Origin: Piedraia hortae CBS 480.64
Taxonomy: Eukaryota
Length of the DNA: 64,000 nt
Assembly: GCA_010093745.1 (NCBI GenBank)
Contig: MU006028.1
Location: 1 to 64,000 of the forward strand
Direction: 5' to 3'
The notes beneath the pieces are model-generated. The model saw only the letters and a list, made by a program, of their open reading frames with translations, ran no database searches and was not told the origin of the DNA. How positions within the stretch are numbered: position 1 is the stretch's first letter; every line of letters starts with the position of its first letter. The position numbers were made by a program, and so were the translations under genes. Shown here piece after piece: positions 1 through 11,918 of the stretch.

Positions 1-410
1 AACATTTCTGGCTGTCCCCACCGAGAATTGCTTTTCAACGTGAATTTGAGTGCAATTCAACCTTGGATGCTTCACTTCATCTAAGTCCAGCCAGTCGTAG
101 TAACAAAAGCTTTCTTCATAATATCTTGTTAGTCTTCTACGTTGAATGGTCTGTTGGCACCAACGCCCAATGTCTACAGAACCAGGCCGGCAATCTCCGG
201 GCAAAGAAACCGCCGCCTTGCAGTGAACAATAAGACGTAGCACGCTCCGTTCGAGACCATTAACCTCACAGCAACACCAGTCCAATCCTGGGTTGAAGTG
301 AGAAGTCCTCTGCCCCGCCAACCCTGTTGCTCGGCCCGTCTCCGCCGCTCGGCCCGTACCTTAGTGACGACATCGCGCTGCACCGAATTGGAAACACTTT
401 GACAGCAACC

Positions 411-1472
411 ATGAACGGCCACAAGATTTCCCTTCCTCTAGGGAAGGGCCCCGCTGGTTCCAAGAAAAAACCTCAATCCGCACTTCAGCGCCTCCAGGAC
501 GACGAAGAGCACGTAATCGACGTGCCGCGAGTTGAAACAATCACACGGCTTGAGACCGGTCCGCCGCCGGCAAAGGCGGAGCTGACCATTCGAGGCCCCA
601 AGGATGAGTTTGGTTCTCGCAAGAAGCGCATGCTAAAGGCCAGGTCGACGCAAAAATTGAGCAAAGAAGATCAAGAAGCCGCTGATGCGTTGCTTGGGAA
701 TGGCAAAAGGACGAAGGATGACTTGGTTATTCCTACTGAAGATAACGCATTCAAGCGAGATGTACAGATGGCTGTGGATGTGGCTCCTACCTTGGCTGAT
801 TACGAGCGGGTCTCTGTCGACGATATTGGATCTGCCTTGTTGCGCGGCATGGGGTGGAAAAAGGGTGATGTTATCGGTGCGAATAGAAAGGGCGTCGAGG
901 CGGAGTTGGTGCCGACGAAGAAGAGGAAGTTGACGACGGCCATAGGAGGCAGCGATGACAGGAAATTGGGTGAAGAGTTAGGCTTGTGGGGCAAAAAGGC
1001 CAAGGGAAACATCTTCAATCCATTACTACTGAAAGATACTCGGACGGGTGAGAAGTTGACTGCCGAAGAAGTCAAGCAGAGGAGCGAAGAGGCGGCGAGA
1101 GTCCCTTCCTCTGAAGATGTGTCGGACAGACGACAGCCTCAACATGAGCACAGCTACAGCCCTGAGAGGAGGCCACGTCGTGCGAATGGCCGGAGTGGAG
1201 CAGAGTCTGATGACCGCAGTAAACGACGAGATTACTCTAGAGAGCGCGGCCAAAGGAAGACTTCTCGAGAGCCGAGGCGGAGACATGGTTATCGAGAGAG
1301 GAGCGACTCCGGGGAACGGGGACGTAACTCCCGAGAACATGGACGTGATTCACGACAGCAAAGACATGACTCTCGCGAAAGAAGAGGTGACAGGCATAAA
1401 GGTACAAGGCTTGATAGTCGAAGAGATGGCCGACATTATACGCAACGTCCGCCCAGGGATCGCGATAGGTGA
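411..1472 (+). CDS. SPP2: Pre-mRNA splicing factor Spp2/GPKOW-like G-patch protein
   Basis: ATG at 411 (MNGHKISLPLG). G-patch 'DYERVSVDDIGSALLRGMGWKKGDVIG' and an R/D/S-rich tail. Confidence 0.8.
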   Translation: MNGHKISLPLGKGPAGSKKKPQSALQRLQDDEEHVIDVPRVETITRLETGPPPAKAELTIRGPKDEFGSRKKRMLKARSTQKLSKEDQEAADALLGNGKRTKDDLVIPTEDNAFKRDVQMAVDVAPTLADYERVSVDDIGSALLRGMGWKKGDVIGANRKGVEAELVPTKKRKLTTAIGGSDDRKLGEELGLWGKKAKGNIFNPLLLKDTRTGEKLTAEEVKQRSEEAARVPSSEDVSDRRQPQHEHSYSPERRPRRANGRSGAESDDRSKRRDYSRERGQRKTSREPRRRHGYRERSDSGERGRNSREHGRDSRQQRHDSRERRGDRHKGTRLDSRRDGRHYTQRPPRDRDR

Positions 1473-2599
1473 TGGTCAGTTCTGCATCCTCGTAGTAAAG
1501 GCTTCAACAGGCTATGATGATCTCGCACAAGAATCATGTAGAGGCTGAGCAATTGCCTGGCTCTTAACCGATGAACCAACATGCACTTGCCATATCTGCT
1601 GCAAAGTGCGAGATCTGTCGTCCGCGTATGATAGAATAACGCAATGCACGGATGCTTGGCAAAGTCAAGCTGGTGGGGAAAGACACTGTCATGAATGAAG
1701 CGGTCTACCTGCTCTGACCAGATGTCGTCGGTTAAAGTTGTTGACGACTGGATAATGTTTGGGCCCACCAGTCCCAACATGAAGGCAATGCCGCGGCTCC
1801 AGTTGGCCTGTGGTGGTGAGCAAAGCCATCGATGGCCTCGAGGTTCAGCCTGGAAAGTTTCTTGGCTATAAATTGCAATGATCTCCAGAGGATCTTATTC
1901 GCACATAAGCAATCACCGGAAGGTACTCAGCTGTTAATGATCGACGCAAAAGTCATCGTGCGCACGGGTATACAGCAGAAGCCGAGCGGCTTTGCAGCAG
2001 GAACCCAAATGAGACGCGGTCGCTACGACGAGTCAGTTGTGCGTTGAGAACGATCCGGGCCCATGGTTCATGAGGTGCCGAAAGCGATTAGCAGAAAGTC
2101 AAGCAGAGCCACGAGGTCATCTAAGCAAAAAGCAGCTAAGCAAAAATTTATGCAGTCTCTAGACCAATGTCTTTACGACTAGAACATTATTTTGTTCAAG
2201 CAGCAGGTGCTGAAAACTGACGTCAAGAAACACGCGGTCAAACAGCCAAAACCCCAAAACACTCTTCAGGCGGGCCTCATTCGCCTCATGGGCGGGCGTT
2301 TCACATGAGAAACCTGCGTCTAACGCTCGGGCAGCGCCACCCGAGCCAGGGTCCACGAGCGCAGAGTCTACTCCGATTGGCTGTGGCTGCGACAGGCCTG
2401 TTGCCCAATCTGCTGTCCCCAATCCGGCAGCTTGACTAAGGATGGGCCAGTGCGCTTGGCTCTCAGCTTATTGGGTCAGTTGCCGGACTATAATTGTCCA
2501 TTTGATCCCCTTAAGTCTGGCTCTGCCTCCTCTCCCCTTCTCCCTTGAGTGTCAAACGTGAATTGCCTTGGGGGAAAAAAATCGAGAAAATAGGTTCCC

Positions 2600-3850
2600 A
2601 TGCAACGCCCTGAACAACAACACCTTGATTATCATCCCCAATTCGCGCATTGGTATCCCCTCAGTACCAACGATGTTGGAATACCTACCCCTCTTGCAGC
2701 ACAACCACCCATGCCCGTCTTTACCGATGGGGGGAACACGTACAGCACCGCGCCTCCGTACATGTCACAGGCATTTTACACCCCGGCCGCCTCCCCCCGA
2801 CAGTACTGCCATGACCAGATGCAACTGCCACCGGAATCCTACCTACCCACAACCCCGGCATTATCCACATCTGATTCGTACAGTTCCCATGACAGTCTTA
2901 AATCATACCATATCAAGGAAGGCTGCGAGAAGGAGGTACACAGCGGATTTCTTGCAGGGGTAGATTGGCCTCCATCCCAATCACCATTTATGCATCCCAT
3001 CCCTTTACGCGGCAGCGTCGGCAATGATTCTTACCTCATCGAGACCACAGCACATCAACAACAACAACAACCCCAGCAACAACAACCACAACAAATCCAA
3101 GACTCTCCCACCGCCTCCCCAGTCCCACGCTCTATAGCCCATCACTACCCCAAACCCGATGAACCCCAGAACGTCTGCGATCCACGCAGTCTAACCGTAA
3201 CCTCCGAACTCCAGCCAACATACCACCACCCCCTCCCGGACCTTACCCTGAACGCCTACCCAGCCGAAATCGACGACTACCAACTCCCCAAACGCCAATC
3301 CACCCCGGGCAGTTTTTTAGTCCCCAAACCCGACCCCCATAACCTCTACGCCTCCGAGCCCTCCCCAACGTCAGACAAAACCCTAACCCCATCCCCTTCC
3401 CTCTCCACCAAAGCCACCAACTCCCCGCGCCACTACTCAACCAGCAACGTTTCCCGGCGCGGACGAAAACAATCCCTAACTGAAGACCCCAGCAAGACGT
3501 TCGTTTGTCCCGTCTGCACCCGTCGTTTCCGTCGCCAAGAACATCTTAAACGCCACTACCGCTCCCTCCACACCCAAGACAAACCTTTTGAATGCAACGA
3601 CTGTGGGAAAAGGTTCTCACGATCGGATAATTTGTCACAGCATCAGCGTACGCATGGCGCGGGGACGGTGGTGATGTCTGTTTTGCCTAATGCGGGGGCA
3701 AGTGCTACGGGGGTGGAGGGGAATGTAACGGCTGCTGCGGCTGCGCAGACAGGGGTTATGGGGGAGGAAATGCAGATGGGTGAGATGGCGTGGAATTCGA
3801 GAGAGGGGTTCGCGAGGTTTGAGGGGAGAAAGAGGAAAAGAGAGGGGTGA
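2600..3850 (+). CDS. C2H2 zinc-finger stress transcription factor, Seb1/MsnA (Msn2/4-like)
   Basis: '[67 protein letters not shown]'; polyQ tract at about 3055-3095. Confidence 0.9.
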   Translation: MQRPEQQHLDYHPQFAHWYPLSTNDVGIPTPLAAQPPMPVFTDGGNTYSTAPPYMSQAFYTPAASPRQYCHDQMQLPPESYLPTTPALSTSDSYSSHDSLKSYHIKEGCEKEVHSGFLAGVDWPPSQSPFMHPIPLRGSVGNDSYLIETTAHQQQQQPQQQQPQQIQDSPTASPVPRSIAHHYPKPDEPQNVCDPRSLTVTSELQPTYHHPLPDLTLNAYPAEIDDYQLPKRQSTPGSFLVPKPDPHNLYASEPSPTSDKTLTPSPSLSTKATNSPRHYSTSNVSRRGRKQSLTEDPSKTFVCPVCTRRFRRQEHLKRHYRSLHTQDKPFECNDCGKRFSRSDNLSQHQRTHGAGTVVMSVLPNAGASATGVEGNVTAAAAAQTGVMGEEMQMGEMAWNSREGFARFEGRKRKREG

Positions 3851-3934
3851 AGTTTGAGTGAGAAAATGTTAGGGAGAAAATGTTATGAGTATCGATGTAT
3901 TGATATATTTTTTTTTGGGTGATTACAAAAGATG

Positions 3935-4270
3935 NNNNNNNNNNNNNNNNNNNNNNNNNNNNNNNNNNNNNNNNNNNNNNNNNNNNNNNNNNNNNNNNNN
4001 NNNNNNNNNNNNNNNNNNNNNNNNNNNNNNNNNNNNNNNNNNNNNNNNNNNNNNNNNNNNNNNNNNNNNNNNNNNNNNNNNNNNNNNNNNNNNNNNNNNN
4101 NNNNNNNNNNNNNNNNNNNNNNNNNNNNNNNNNNNNNNNNNNNNNNNNNNNNNNNNNNNNNNNNNNNNNNNNNNNNNNNNNNNNNNNNNNNNNNNNNNNN
4201 NNNNNNNNNNNNNNNNNNNNNNNNNNNNNNNNNNNNNNNNNNNNNNNNNNNNNNNNNNNNNNNNNNNNNN
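3935..4270. other. Assembly gap (N run)
   Basis: Ns in sequence. Confidence 1.
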
Positions 4271-4939
4271 GGGGTTGGGAGTCTTCCGCGGAACGGGCAA
4301 GTGAACAGGCAGGTGGATAGGCGAATGTGCGGAGAAACAACTCATTACTTGTGACAATCCTTTCATTGTGTGATGACCTTCCCGATGTACTTTTCGTGTG
4401 GCGCAGGGTGGCTTGCATATAGATCGTGAAACATGCGTGCCCGTTTCATGATCGGCGGAAGGCTTCTAGATGAACTTTTTCACTTTGATAACGGTTTTGG
4501 GGCCCAAGTTGGTTATCGATGGTTGAATTGGGGTGTTCCAGGATAAGAATTCTCTGGGGAGGTAGGTTGATCCTGCCTACTGGTGGTGGGATCTGCTTGG
4601 GGAAACCTGGTAGACCCCACTCTTGGGGTTTGCAATTGCTGAAGCTGAGATTCGTTGTGGGAGGTGTTTGGAGAAAGGTCGCTGGGTGGGAGATCTCTCA
4701 CCATACAGACCTGGGGCTGGTCACGGAATACAAGCTAAATCATCTACCTCCCGAGATAGGTTCACGTTGAAGGATACCCCCCACAAGAAAAGGAAACAAC
4801 CATTATTTTGCTACATCATCCGTCCAACTCCCGCGGTCGGCGACCGTACAACCGATCTAATCCATCATTCACCCGTCACTCCCCGTAAAGAACATGACTT
4901 ACCCCTCCCAATAACCACCATCCCCAAAAGAAACAGCAC

Positions 4940-5467
4940 TCACTCATCATCCCCCACCTTCTCAAGTTTACTCATTGCCCTCTTCATCCCCACCTCACCC
5001 ACCAACCTCAGCTCATCAATTCTGGTCTTCTCCCCTCCCTCCTCAACCGCATCAACCACAAACACCACCAAACTCGACAAATTCTGAAACGACACAAACT
5101 TAAGTTCCGCGGTCCCCTTCTCCCCCTCCCACGTAACCTCAACCTCCTGCGCGGTGGGCATCTCCTCCGCCTCCTCAAAATCCAGCACATTAGGCCGATT
5201 AGTATACAGCCTCAAACTCTTCGGCCTATGCGCCCCTTCCCCAGCAGAGACCAACCTAATCCCCGCTAGTTTAACCGAATTCGCAAACGGAATGTAAAGC
5301 ATCATCTGCGCGTCGGAATCGCTTTCTATGAACGCTTTCTTGCCATTGTCATCGGCAGAGGATGGGTCGGCGAAGATGCTCCTCGCCGAACCGCGGATGT
5401 TGAGGAAATCTAGGCCCTGCTGGTCGACCGCGGAGGTGACGTCGCTGTAGATACCCTTTGAGCCCAT
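4940..5467 (-). CDS. PITH (DUF1000) domain protein of Txl1/TXNL1 type, apparently without a thioredoxin domain
   Basis: 'YSDVTSAVDQQGLDFLN..FIESDSDAQMMLYIPF..LKFVSFQNLSSLVVFV..EKTRIDELRLVGE'. Start uncertain; MGSKG ATG at 5467 chosen. Confidence 0.8.
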   Translation of the reverse strand: MGSKGIYSDVTSAVDQQGLDFLNIRGSARSIFADPSSADDNGKKAFIESDSDAQMMLYIPFANSVKLAGIRLVSAGEGAHRPKSLRLYTNRPNVLDFEEAEEMPTAQEVEVTWEGEKGTAELKFVSFQNLSSLVVFVVDAVEEGGEKTRIDELRLVGEVGMKRAMSKLEKVGDDE

Positions 5468-5617
5468 CACTTTGCAAATATCACCTATGGTGGGTGTGGT
5501 TATTCGTGACGGGTGTGTAAGTATGATGTCATTTGTACAGATCACGGAACTAACACAGGCGGGAACTTCTTTGGGGATTTGGGAGTTTTTAGCTTTTTTG
5601 TGTTTGGAAGCAATACC

Positions 5618-7078
5618 ATGTCTTCGGTTTATGTGATTGATTCTTCGGCTAGGAGGACTACAGTCAAGGTCACGCCGGGGACGTTTGTGCGGACGATTCT
5701 AGAGGAGGCGTGTACAACCCGACGCCTCAATCCGGAAAAGTATGCCCTGAAGTGGAATCATAAAGCTCTGGATCTGGCACAGCCGTTTCGTCTCTCGGGC
5801 CTCATGCCCGGTGCGAAGATCGATCTCGTGCTGGCGAGTAAATCGCCCGGTGTGGTTAGTGTTGCGTTGCAGGTTGAAGGGGAGGGTGAGAGGGTAGTGG
5901 ATCGGTTTGGGAGTAATGTTACTTTGTGGGTCCTGCTGCGGAAGTTTGAGGATGGGGTTGCGGGAAACGCTGGGAAGATGAATCTTACGCAGAGGGGGAG
6001 GAAGGTAAATGGGAGGGTGGTGTATGAGGAGCCGGAACTGAATGTGGGTGGACGACGGTTGCAGGGGTTCGAGGATTTGCAGAAGACGTTGGCACAGCTG
6101 GGGTTTAATGGTGGGAGCGTGCTTGTTAGACTGAGATTTCGGACGACGGAGAGAGCGTTGGATGAGGTTATGGGGGATATTTCGGCGTATTTTGCTGGAA
6201 TAGAGGGGGCGGGGGGGGATGATGGTCGGAGAGAGACAGGGCATGAGCGCGAGGCTGCTTTGAAGGAAGAGGTTGGCCTTCAAGCAGGCGGTATCCAAGC
6301 AGCTACTCCCAAGACATCCAGTCCCCAAGCAGCCAGTCCCCAAGCAGCCAGCCATCAAGCAGCCAGCCCTCAAGGAATACTCCCAGCTACGGCTCCTAAT
6401 GATGTTCCTGTCGATGAAATCAAAGTCTACCGTCCACCTCCAGGCACCACGCCGGCTGCCGTCCTTCAGAAGCTTCCAGAGCCCGAAGCAGAGCCAACGA
6501 TAGACCACTTACGCGGCTACCAGGCCTCACTGAAACAACAAGGCCTAAACAAACGACTACCATCAGAACCTGAGCTCGCCGAGCGTGAGAACACACGGAA
6601 GCAGAAACTAGACTCTATCCGTTCAGTCACCGTTCAAATCCGTTACCCAGATCAGAGCCGGGTAGAACGAAACATCACACAAAGCGATACACCCAAGACT
6701 CTCTACGAAAGCGTAGCGGCCACCCTCGCAGCTGGTCCCGAAGAGCCATTCGAACTATCCTACTACAACGCCAAGGGCCGGAAAGAGATCCTACCCAGAG
6801 ACTCAGCGGCTACACTCATCCGTAGTTATGACTTTGTCGATAGAGTGCTGGTGACCATGTCATGGCTGGGCACCACATCCTCAAAAATCCGCACAGGGTC
6901 AAGCCTAAAAGCCCATCTCCTCGCCAAAGCCGAAGACCTCAAAGTCGACCTACCTGTCGAAGACCACCAGCCCTCCCACTCACAAATCGACACCCCAAAG
7001 CCAGCGGAACCCACCAAACCTCATGTCAACGCAGAAGAAAAGATGAAAAAGTTCCTCGGTCTGGGACGGAAAAAGTAG
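5618..7078 (+). CDS. UBX-domain protein, TUG/ASPSCR1/Ubx4-like
   Basis: N-terminal TUG-UBL 'MSSVYVIDSSARRTTVKVTPG..LAQPFRLSGLMPGAKIDLV'; UBX-like 'VQIRYPDQSRVE'; C-terminal 'KFLGLGRKK'. Confidence 0.8.
   Translation: MSSVYVIDSSARRTTVKVTPGTFVRTILEEACTTRRLNPEKYALKWNHKALDLAQPFRLSGLMPGAKIDLVLASKSPGVVSVALQVEGEGERVVDRFGSNVTLWVLLRKFEDGVAGNAGKMNLTQRGRKVNGRVVYEEPELNVGGRRLQGFEDLQKTLAQLGFNGGSVLVRLRFRTTERALDEVMGDISAYFAGIEGAGGDDGRRETGHEREAALKEEVGLQAGGIQAATPKTSSPQAASPQAASHQAASPQGILPATAPNDVPVDEIKVYRPPPGTTPAAVLQKLPEPEAEPTIDHLRGYQASLKQQGLNKRLPSEPELAERENTRKQKLDSIRSVTVQIRYPDQSRVERNITQSDTPKTLYESVAATLAAGPEEPFELSYYNAKGRKEILPRDSAATLIRSYDFVDRVLVTMSWLGTTSSKIRTGSSLKAHLLAKAEDLKVDLPVEDHQPSHSQIDTPKPAEPTKPHVNAEEKMKKFLGLGRKK
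6318..6374 (+). repeat. 15-bp coding tandem repeat (SPQAA, about 4 copies) in the UBX gene
   Basis: ccagtccccaagcag x2 followed by two degenerate copies. Confidence 0.9.
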
Positions 7079-7141
7079 CATGGCCGCCCCCATCGGGGGT
7101 TTGTAGTGACACGTTCATACAGCAGCACAAAACTAGCAGCT

Positions 7142-7574
7142 TTAATGCCCAGCCCTCCTGCTTTCCGTAATCACTTTCGTCATCTCATCCACCTTTCTCT
7201 TCGCGCGACCGAACGTGCCGAGTCTCTTCTTGGCAAGTTTACGGGCGCGCTTATCCTTGCTGTTGCGGAGCAGTTCAATAACGCGGCGCTCGTATGGAGC
7301 GAGACTGTGGTTTTTTTGATTAGCTCACTTCACCACATCCCCGGAGTGAATAAATCCTTACCCAGCAACCTCCTTGACAATGTCACGAACAAAAGACGTG
7401 CGCTTGCTGAGATGGCCCTTCATGCGCGAGACGCGCGGCTTCGACTGGCGCGGCGTGACTTTCTATTTGACGGGTCAGTTCCTCGGGAGTGGCTCCGGGT
7501 GGATGGTAGAAGCATACGTGGCCGGCATTGAGACCGACGGCGAGGCCGGACTTTTGCTTGACCTCCTTTGGCAT
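7142..7574 (-). CDS. RPL36: 60S ribosomal protein L36 (eL36); exons 7574-7518, 7462-7362, 7304-7142
   Basis: Spliced product [94 protein letters not shown]; canonical GTATGC and GTAAGG introns. Confidence 0.97.
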
Positions 7575-7933
7575 GGCTGTTGCTGTTCGGATTGGCGTGA
7601 TGTTGGAGCGGGGAGATTTGGTGGGAGTGGGCTTGGCAAAGATGCGGGACGGGACGAGCCGAAAACACGTGATGACTATATTTGGGATTCGAGTTTAAAT
7701 TCGAGAAGGGTTGATTGATTTATGGGGTTGATGGACGGGAGACGTGAGTCGGAGAGATGTAACAGCGGAGGGTTTTTACCAAAATGGATATTGTGGATGG
7801 AATACGGAAGAGGCGTGCAAAACGAACGCCAATGACGTCTTCGGTTCGGAGGTTGCGAAACACCAACAATGCGCCTTGTCTTTGATTAAAATCCTCCGAC
7901 CACTACGCACAATCTCTTTTCAAGGCGCCCGAC

Positions 7934-8963
7934 ATGTTTGGACTCTCGTATTGGTTCCTGCCGCTGTTTGCGGGATGCGTTTGGCTGGGTGAGTGATGCT
8001 CGTGGACTGCGCGACTGGCGCTGACGAGGGTACAGGGACTCTGTTGGCGATGCTGGGCACATGGATAGCCAAGGGGAGTCCAAGGTTTCCGTGGATGCAG
8101 TCGTATAAGCATATCGCCTTCATGTCCGACATTGGCGCGTCGTCGTGGGGGAAGCCGCTGTTCATCACAGGAAGCGCCGTCGCTGTTGTTGTCTTCGATC
8201 TCGCATTCATCAGCGAGCGCTGGCTCAGACACACGGGAAGGTTGACAAAGAATTATAACCGAACGGAGAAAATACTCAGCAACTTGTCCATTGTGTTCGC
8301 GCTCATCGGTGCCGCGGGACTCTTGTTGCTCACCATTCAAGACACGGCGCGTCATCCTACCGTCCACGATTATGGCCTTGCCATCTTCATGTATGCTTCC
8401 GACGAGTCCCTGCCGTCAGATGGCTAATGTGTNNNNNNNNNNNNNNNNNNNNNNNNNNNNNNNNNNNNNNNNNNNNNNNNNNNNNNNNNNNNNNNNNNNN
8501 NNNNNNNNNNNNNNNNNNNNNNNNNNNNNNNNNNNNNNNNNNNNNNNNNNNNNNNNNNNNNNNNNNNNNNNNNNNNNNNNNNNNNNNNNNNNNNNNNNNN
8601 NNNNNNNNNNNNNNNNNNNNNNNNNNNNNNNNNNNNNNNNNNNNNNNNNNNNNNNNNNNNNNNNNNNNNNNNNNNNNNNNNNNNNNNNNNNNNNNNNNNN
8701 NNNNNNNAAAAAAAAAAAAAAAAAACTAACAGTCTCAGATGTGGACCTTCATCATCGACTTTCTCCCAGCTGTTAGGAACAGACATAGGGACCCACACGG
8801 GCCGCACTTGCGGAGGAGAGACGACGAAGCTCCTGGCGAAACGGAAGTTGGCGGCAACATGATTGGAGGACCGGTATACAGTGGGGGAGGCTATCAGCAT
8901 GAGCATGAGAACGGAATACCCATGAAAGAGAGGGAGCCGGTTGCACCGTCGAGGAATTTTTAA
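7934..8963 (+). CDS. SFK1: Frag1/DRAM/Sfk1 family membrane protein (interrupted by a gap); intron 7989-8035, another from about 8391
   Basis: MFGLSYWFLPLFAGCVWLGTLLAML..HIAFMSDIGA..KPLFITGS..ERWLRHTGRL..IQDTARHPTVH; last exon WTFIIDFLPAV. Confidence 0.8.
8433..8707. other. Assembly gap (N run)
   Basis: Ns in sequence. Confidence 1.
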
Positions 8964-11918
8964 TTACCGTCACGTTCATGAACTTGTGTGCTGGTGTAGA
9001 GGTTTAGACTAATTGTATTATATGACTATTTGAAATCAAGCAGCCATATAGACTGAAGTGATGGATCCGGGGGATGGCTTCTGTATGATGCGATCAGAGC
9101 ACTGGTGCTCTTCATGCCGTGAACGGCCCATCAGATTCAAGAGAAATACGGCCTTGGAAGTTCCTTCCTCGTCGCCAGAAGCCGAGTACCGGGCCAGTCA
9201 AAATGCACGAAATAATGCATCTCATCGTGCTTTCGGCGGCGATCAGAACCTCTTGAATGAGCCGCTCCTGAAAGATACCCGGCACGATACATCATTTATC
9301 TCATTGTAGAGGTTGATGAAAGCTAGTCCTGCATCGTTCCATTCGCAGTATGAGGTCGGTAATTGCTATTAGTTTGTCTTTTATGCGCACTCGCCCATGA
9401 CGATGTTCACGCGGCACAGCCTTGCTCTCATTGTATTAACTTGATGAGAGCTGGTCCCACGACGTTCCATCCGCGGTATCAGATCTGTGACGGGCTTGAA
9501 CAGCGAACTGGTTCCCTTCAGTGAGAACCGCCGACACATCCCTCTTGAAGTCTACGCCCATTTCGATCGAGCATAGGCCGAAGGCGATGATTGTCGTTAT
9601 ATACCACCGGGTCTCACAGTGGATCATGCCTCATCCACAGCCGAAAACAGCTCATCCAAAACTGCGAGTTGGAGACCATCAACTTATTTTTGAAAGACGG
9701 GCATCCTACTGGTTTGTTTTGTACGTGCAGTCATCCATGATGATGTCCTGTCAATTCAACCCTGTACGATGGCATCGGTGTCATACGGCTGCTCAGATTT
9801 TCGCATTATTGAGTTTCCCCCCCAAGGGTAGCCTTCCATCGCCAGCGGTGCCACCGCCTCGTATATGCGGTGGTATGTTCCTCTCGTCTTGGGACAAACC
9901 CGTCGGAGGTGAGCTTGTAAAGATCTCTTCGAGCAGGGTGGGAGGGGACTCTGATCAGGTTGAGGACGTGCAGGGGAGAAACCTTTCCGTGGGGTGGTTC
10001 GGTGAGTTGGGTATATTCGAGGCTGAATCTATAACGAGGCTGCTTTCTCGCAGGATGATGGAATTCCATCGATCATGAAAGTGCTCGACCTCTATTGCGA
10101 ACTGTTCTTCCGAGGTTCGTATACCTCACTTCGACTAATACACCACAGTCCAAATAACTCGATGACCATATTGTTCATTCTTCGCATTGATCGAACATGT
10201 TGGCCTTGAGGGTTCATGAAAGGGGATACCTCAAGGTGTTAATCACCAAGGACTGAACGGCCATAGAGTAGGATGCTCGGCACCTAGCCGTCGGGGTTCT
10301 CTGGTCTAGGCTGAAGAATGCGGAAGCAGGTCTGGGCAGACTCCTGGTTCTACCCTTCTAGCTTCCTTGCGGGTCTATGAGCCGGGACGCTTTCGACGGC
10401 GCGTCGCCTCATCGCTAGTCGATACTGTCCCCGCAGCGGGCAGGTTTTCAATAATCTGGCAGAGAAACCTGCCCATGACGCGAGCTATGCAGAATGCCTC
10501 GCAAGGCTCAATCGGGCCCATGGGTAACCCAACCGGTCGATGGTTGGGAATCCACCGTCCTCAGCTCAGAAGCCCCAAAACTTCCCATTTGATGGCTCAA
10601 GACGCTCCTGGCCGGTTCACGCTGCGACCAGATGGCAGAATGTCACATTCAACCTGTCACTCTACCGGAGTTATTGAGGGACGGGCTGACCATGACACCA
10701 TTACGATTTACAAACTGACACAAAACGAATTTGACGGCTTTTTGGATAAACATGGCGTAGCCATAATAACTGGAAAGGAAGATTGTCAAGAAACCACCAC
10801 ATGCTGCAAGCAAAGAATAGATACCTTGCATCGCCACGACATCATTCCTGCCAGACCTGACGGCATCCCGGGGTAGCCCCCATTATCTTTTAACAAGGAA
10901 GAGTTTCACGACTATCCAGTCCGGCTCGATAGGGTGATGAGAATTGTTGTCATGCTAACGCAAAGCGCATTGAACATTGAGGAGGGGATCGAGCTGGTGA
11001 CTGGTGGGAAATACAATCTCTTGGGAAGCGTGTCGGGCGAAAGATCAGCGAGAATACAAACTCGCATAGATCCAAGACCCTTGCCCACATAAAGATATGA
11101 TATGATATGTCGACCCTATCCAAAAAAAAAAAAAAGTTTAAATTGATAGTGTTGTAGGCCTTTGTCGCTACCATGAAGGGGGACAAAGCCACATCCGCCG
11201 ACATGACGCCCGACCAGTTCTGGGAGATGGTTCGCGTCTTCAACCAGGACAACTACTTCACGTGTTTCCGCTTCGTTCGGGACTGCATCGATTTCGACGA
11301 AATCAGTAAGCGCGGCAAGTACTCTTTGAAGATGGACTGGGCCGACATCGGCAAGGCGGTCTTGAAGTATTAGACGTCGCGAGTGGAAGGCCGGCAAGAA
11401 ATGTTGGGATGTTGCGGCTCTTCGAAATATCACGAGAGACGGCTTCACCCAATCGATCGGTGAGAGTGTTGAGCGGTCGGAAGCGCGCCTGAGAGGGCGT
11501 ATTTGATAAATACAGTCTTTGCGTGGCCAAACTGCCAAGGCTGTCTGCATGGAGGCTGTTATACGATCGTCGTGCAATATGCGGGGTCGCAGAAACAAAC
11601 ATTGGAGCGAGTGTTGCCATTACAGTATCAATCTAGTTGGGTAGGGCATATTGTTCCCTCCCATGAAGTCGCCTAGTACATGATCGTTCCTCGCAGACAG
11701 ATTCATACTCGAACACGTCAACGGTCTCTACAGTACAACTCGGATGTGTCAACCCAAATATAGATGTAAATCTGTCAAACGTTCTGACAGCCGTTTCGCA
11801 TAACTCTCGCCTGTCAAACTCACGGAGGCTTTTGAAAAGTGGTGGGTGTCCCTCCAAAACCGCGCCCCACCAATAGAAGTCGCAACGCGCACCCACCTCA
11901 CACAAACCCATCAGAAAA

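Noticed and set aside
1..130. Possible - strand exon after a CTAAC..AAG acceptor (YYEESFCYYDWLDLDEV...)
   Set aside because: Runs off the window edge; no recognisable motif or convincing start.
1436..2422. Short ORFs between SPP2 and the Seb1-like gene
   Set aside because: No recognisable domains; more likely promoter/UTR or decayed sequence.
3756..4418. ORF-track entries spanning N runs (also at 8291-8906)
   Set aside because: Artefacts of translating Ns.
4590..4725. RNase MRP/P or TPP-riboswitch-like words (TGGGGCT, AGAAA, CTGAGA)
   Set aside because: The required partner motifs (GAAAGUCCCC; ATACC..GATxxxGxTAAT) are absent.
9313..9350. U14 snoRNA-like TGATGAAAG...CATTCGCAGT
   Set aside because: Only 10 of 13 nt of domain A match, there is no domain B or box D downstream, and the stretch is one unit of a diverged local duplication.
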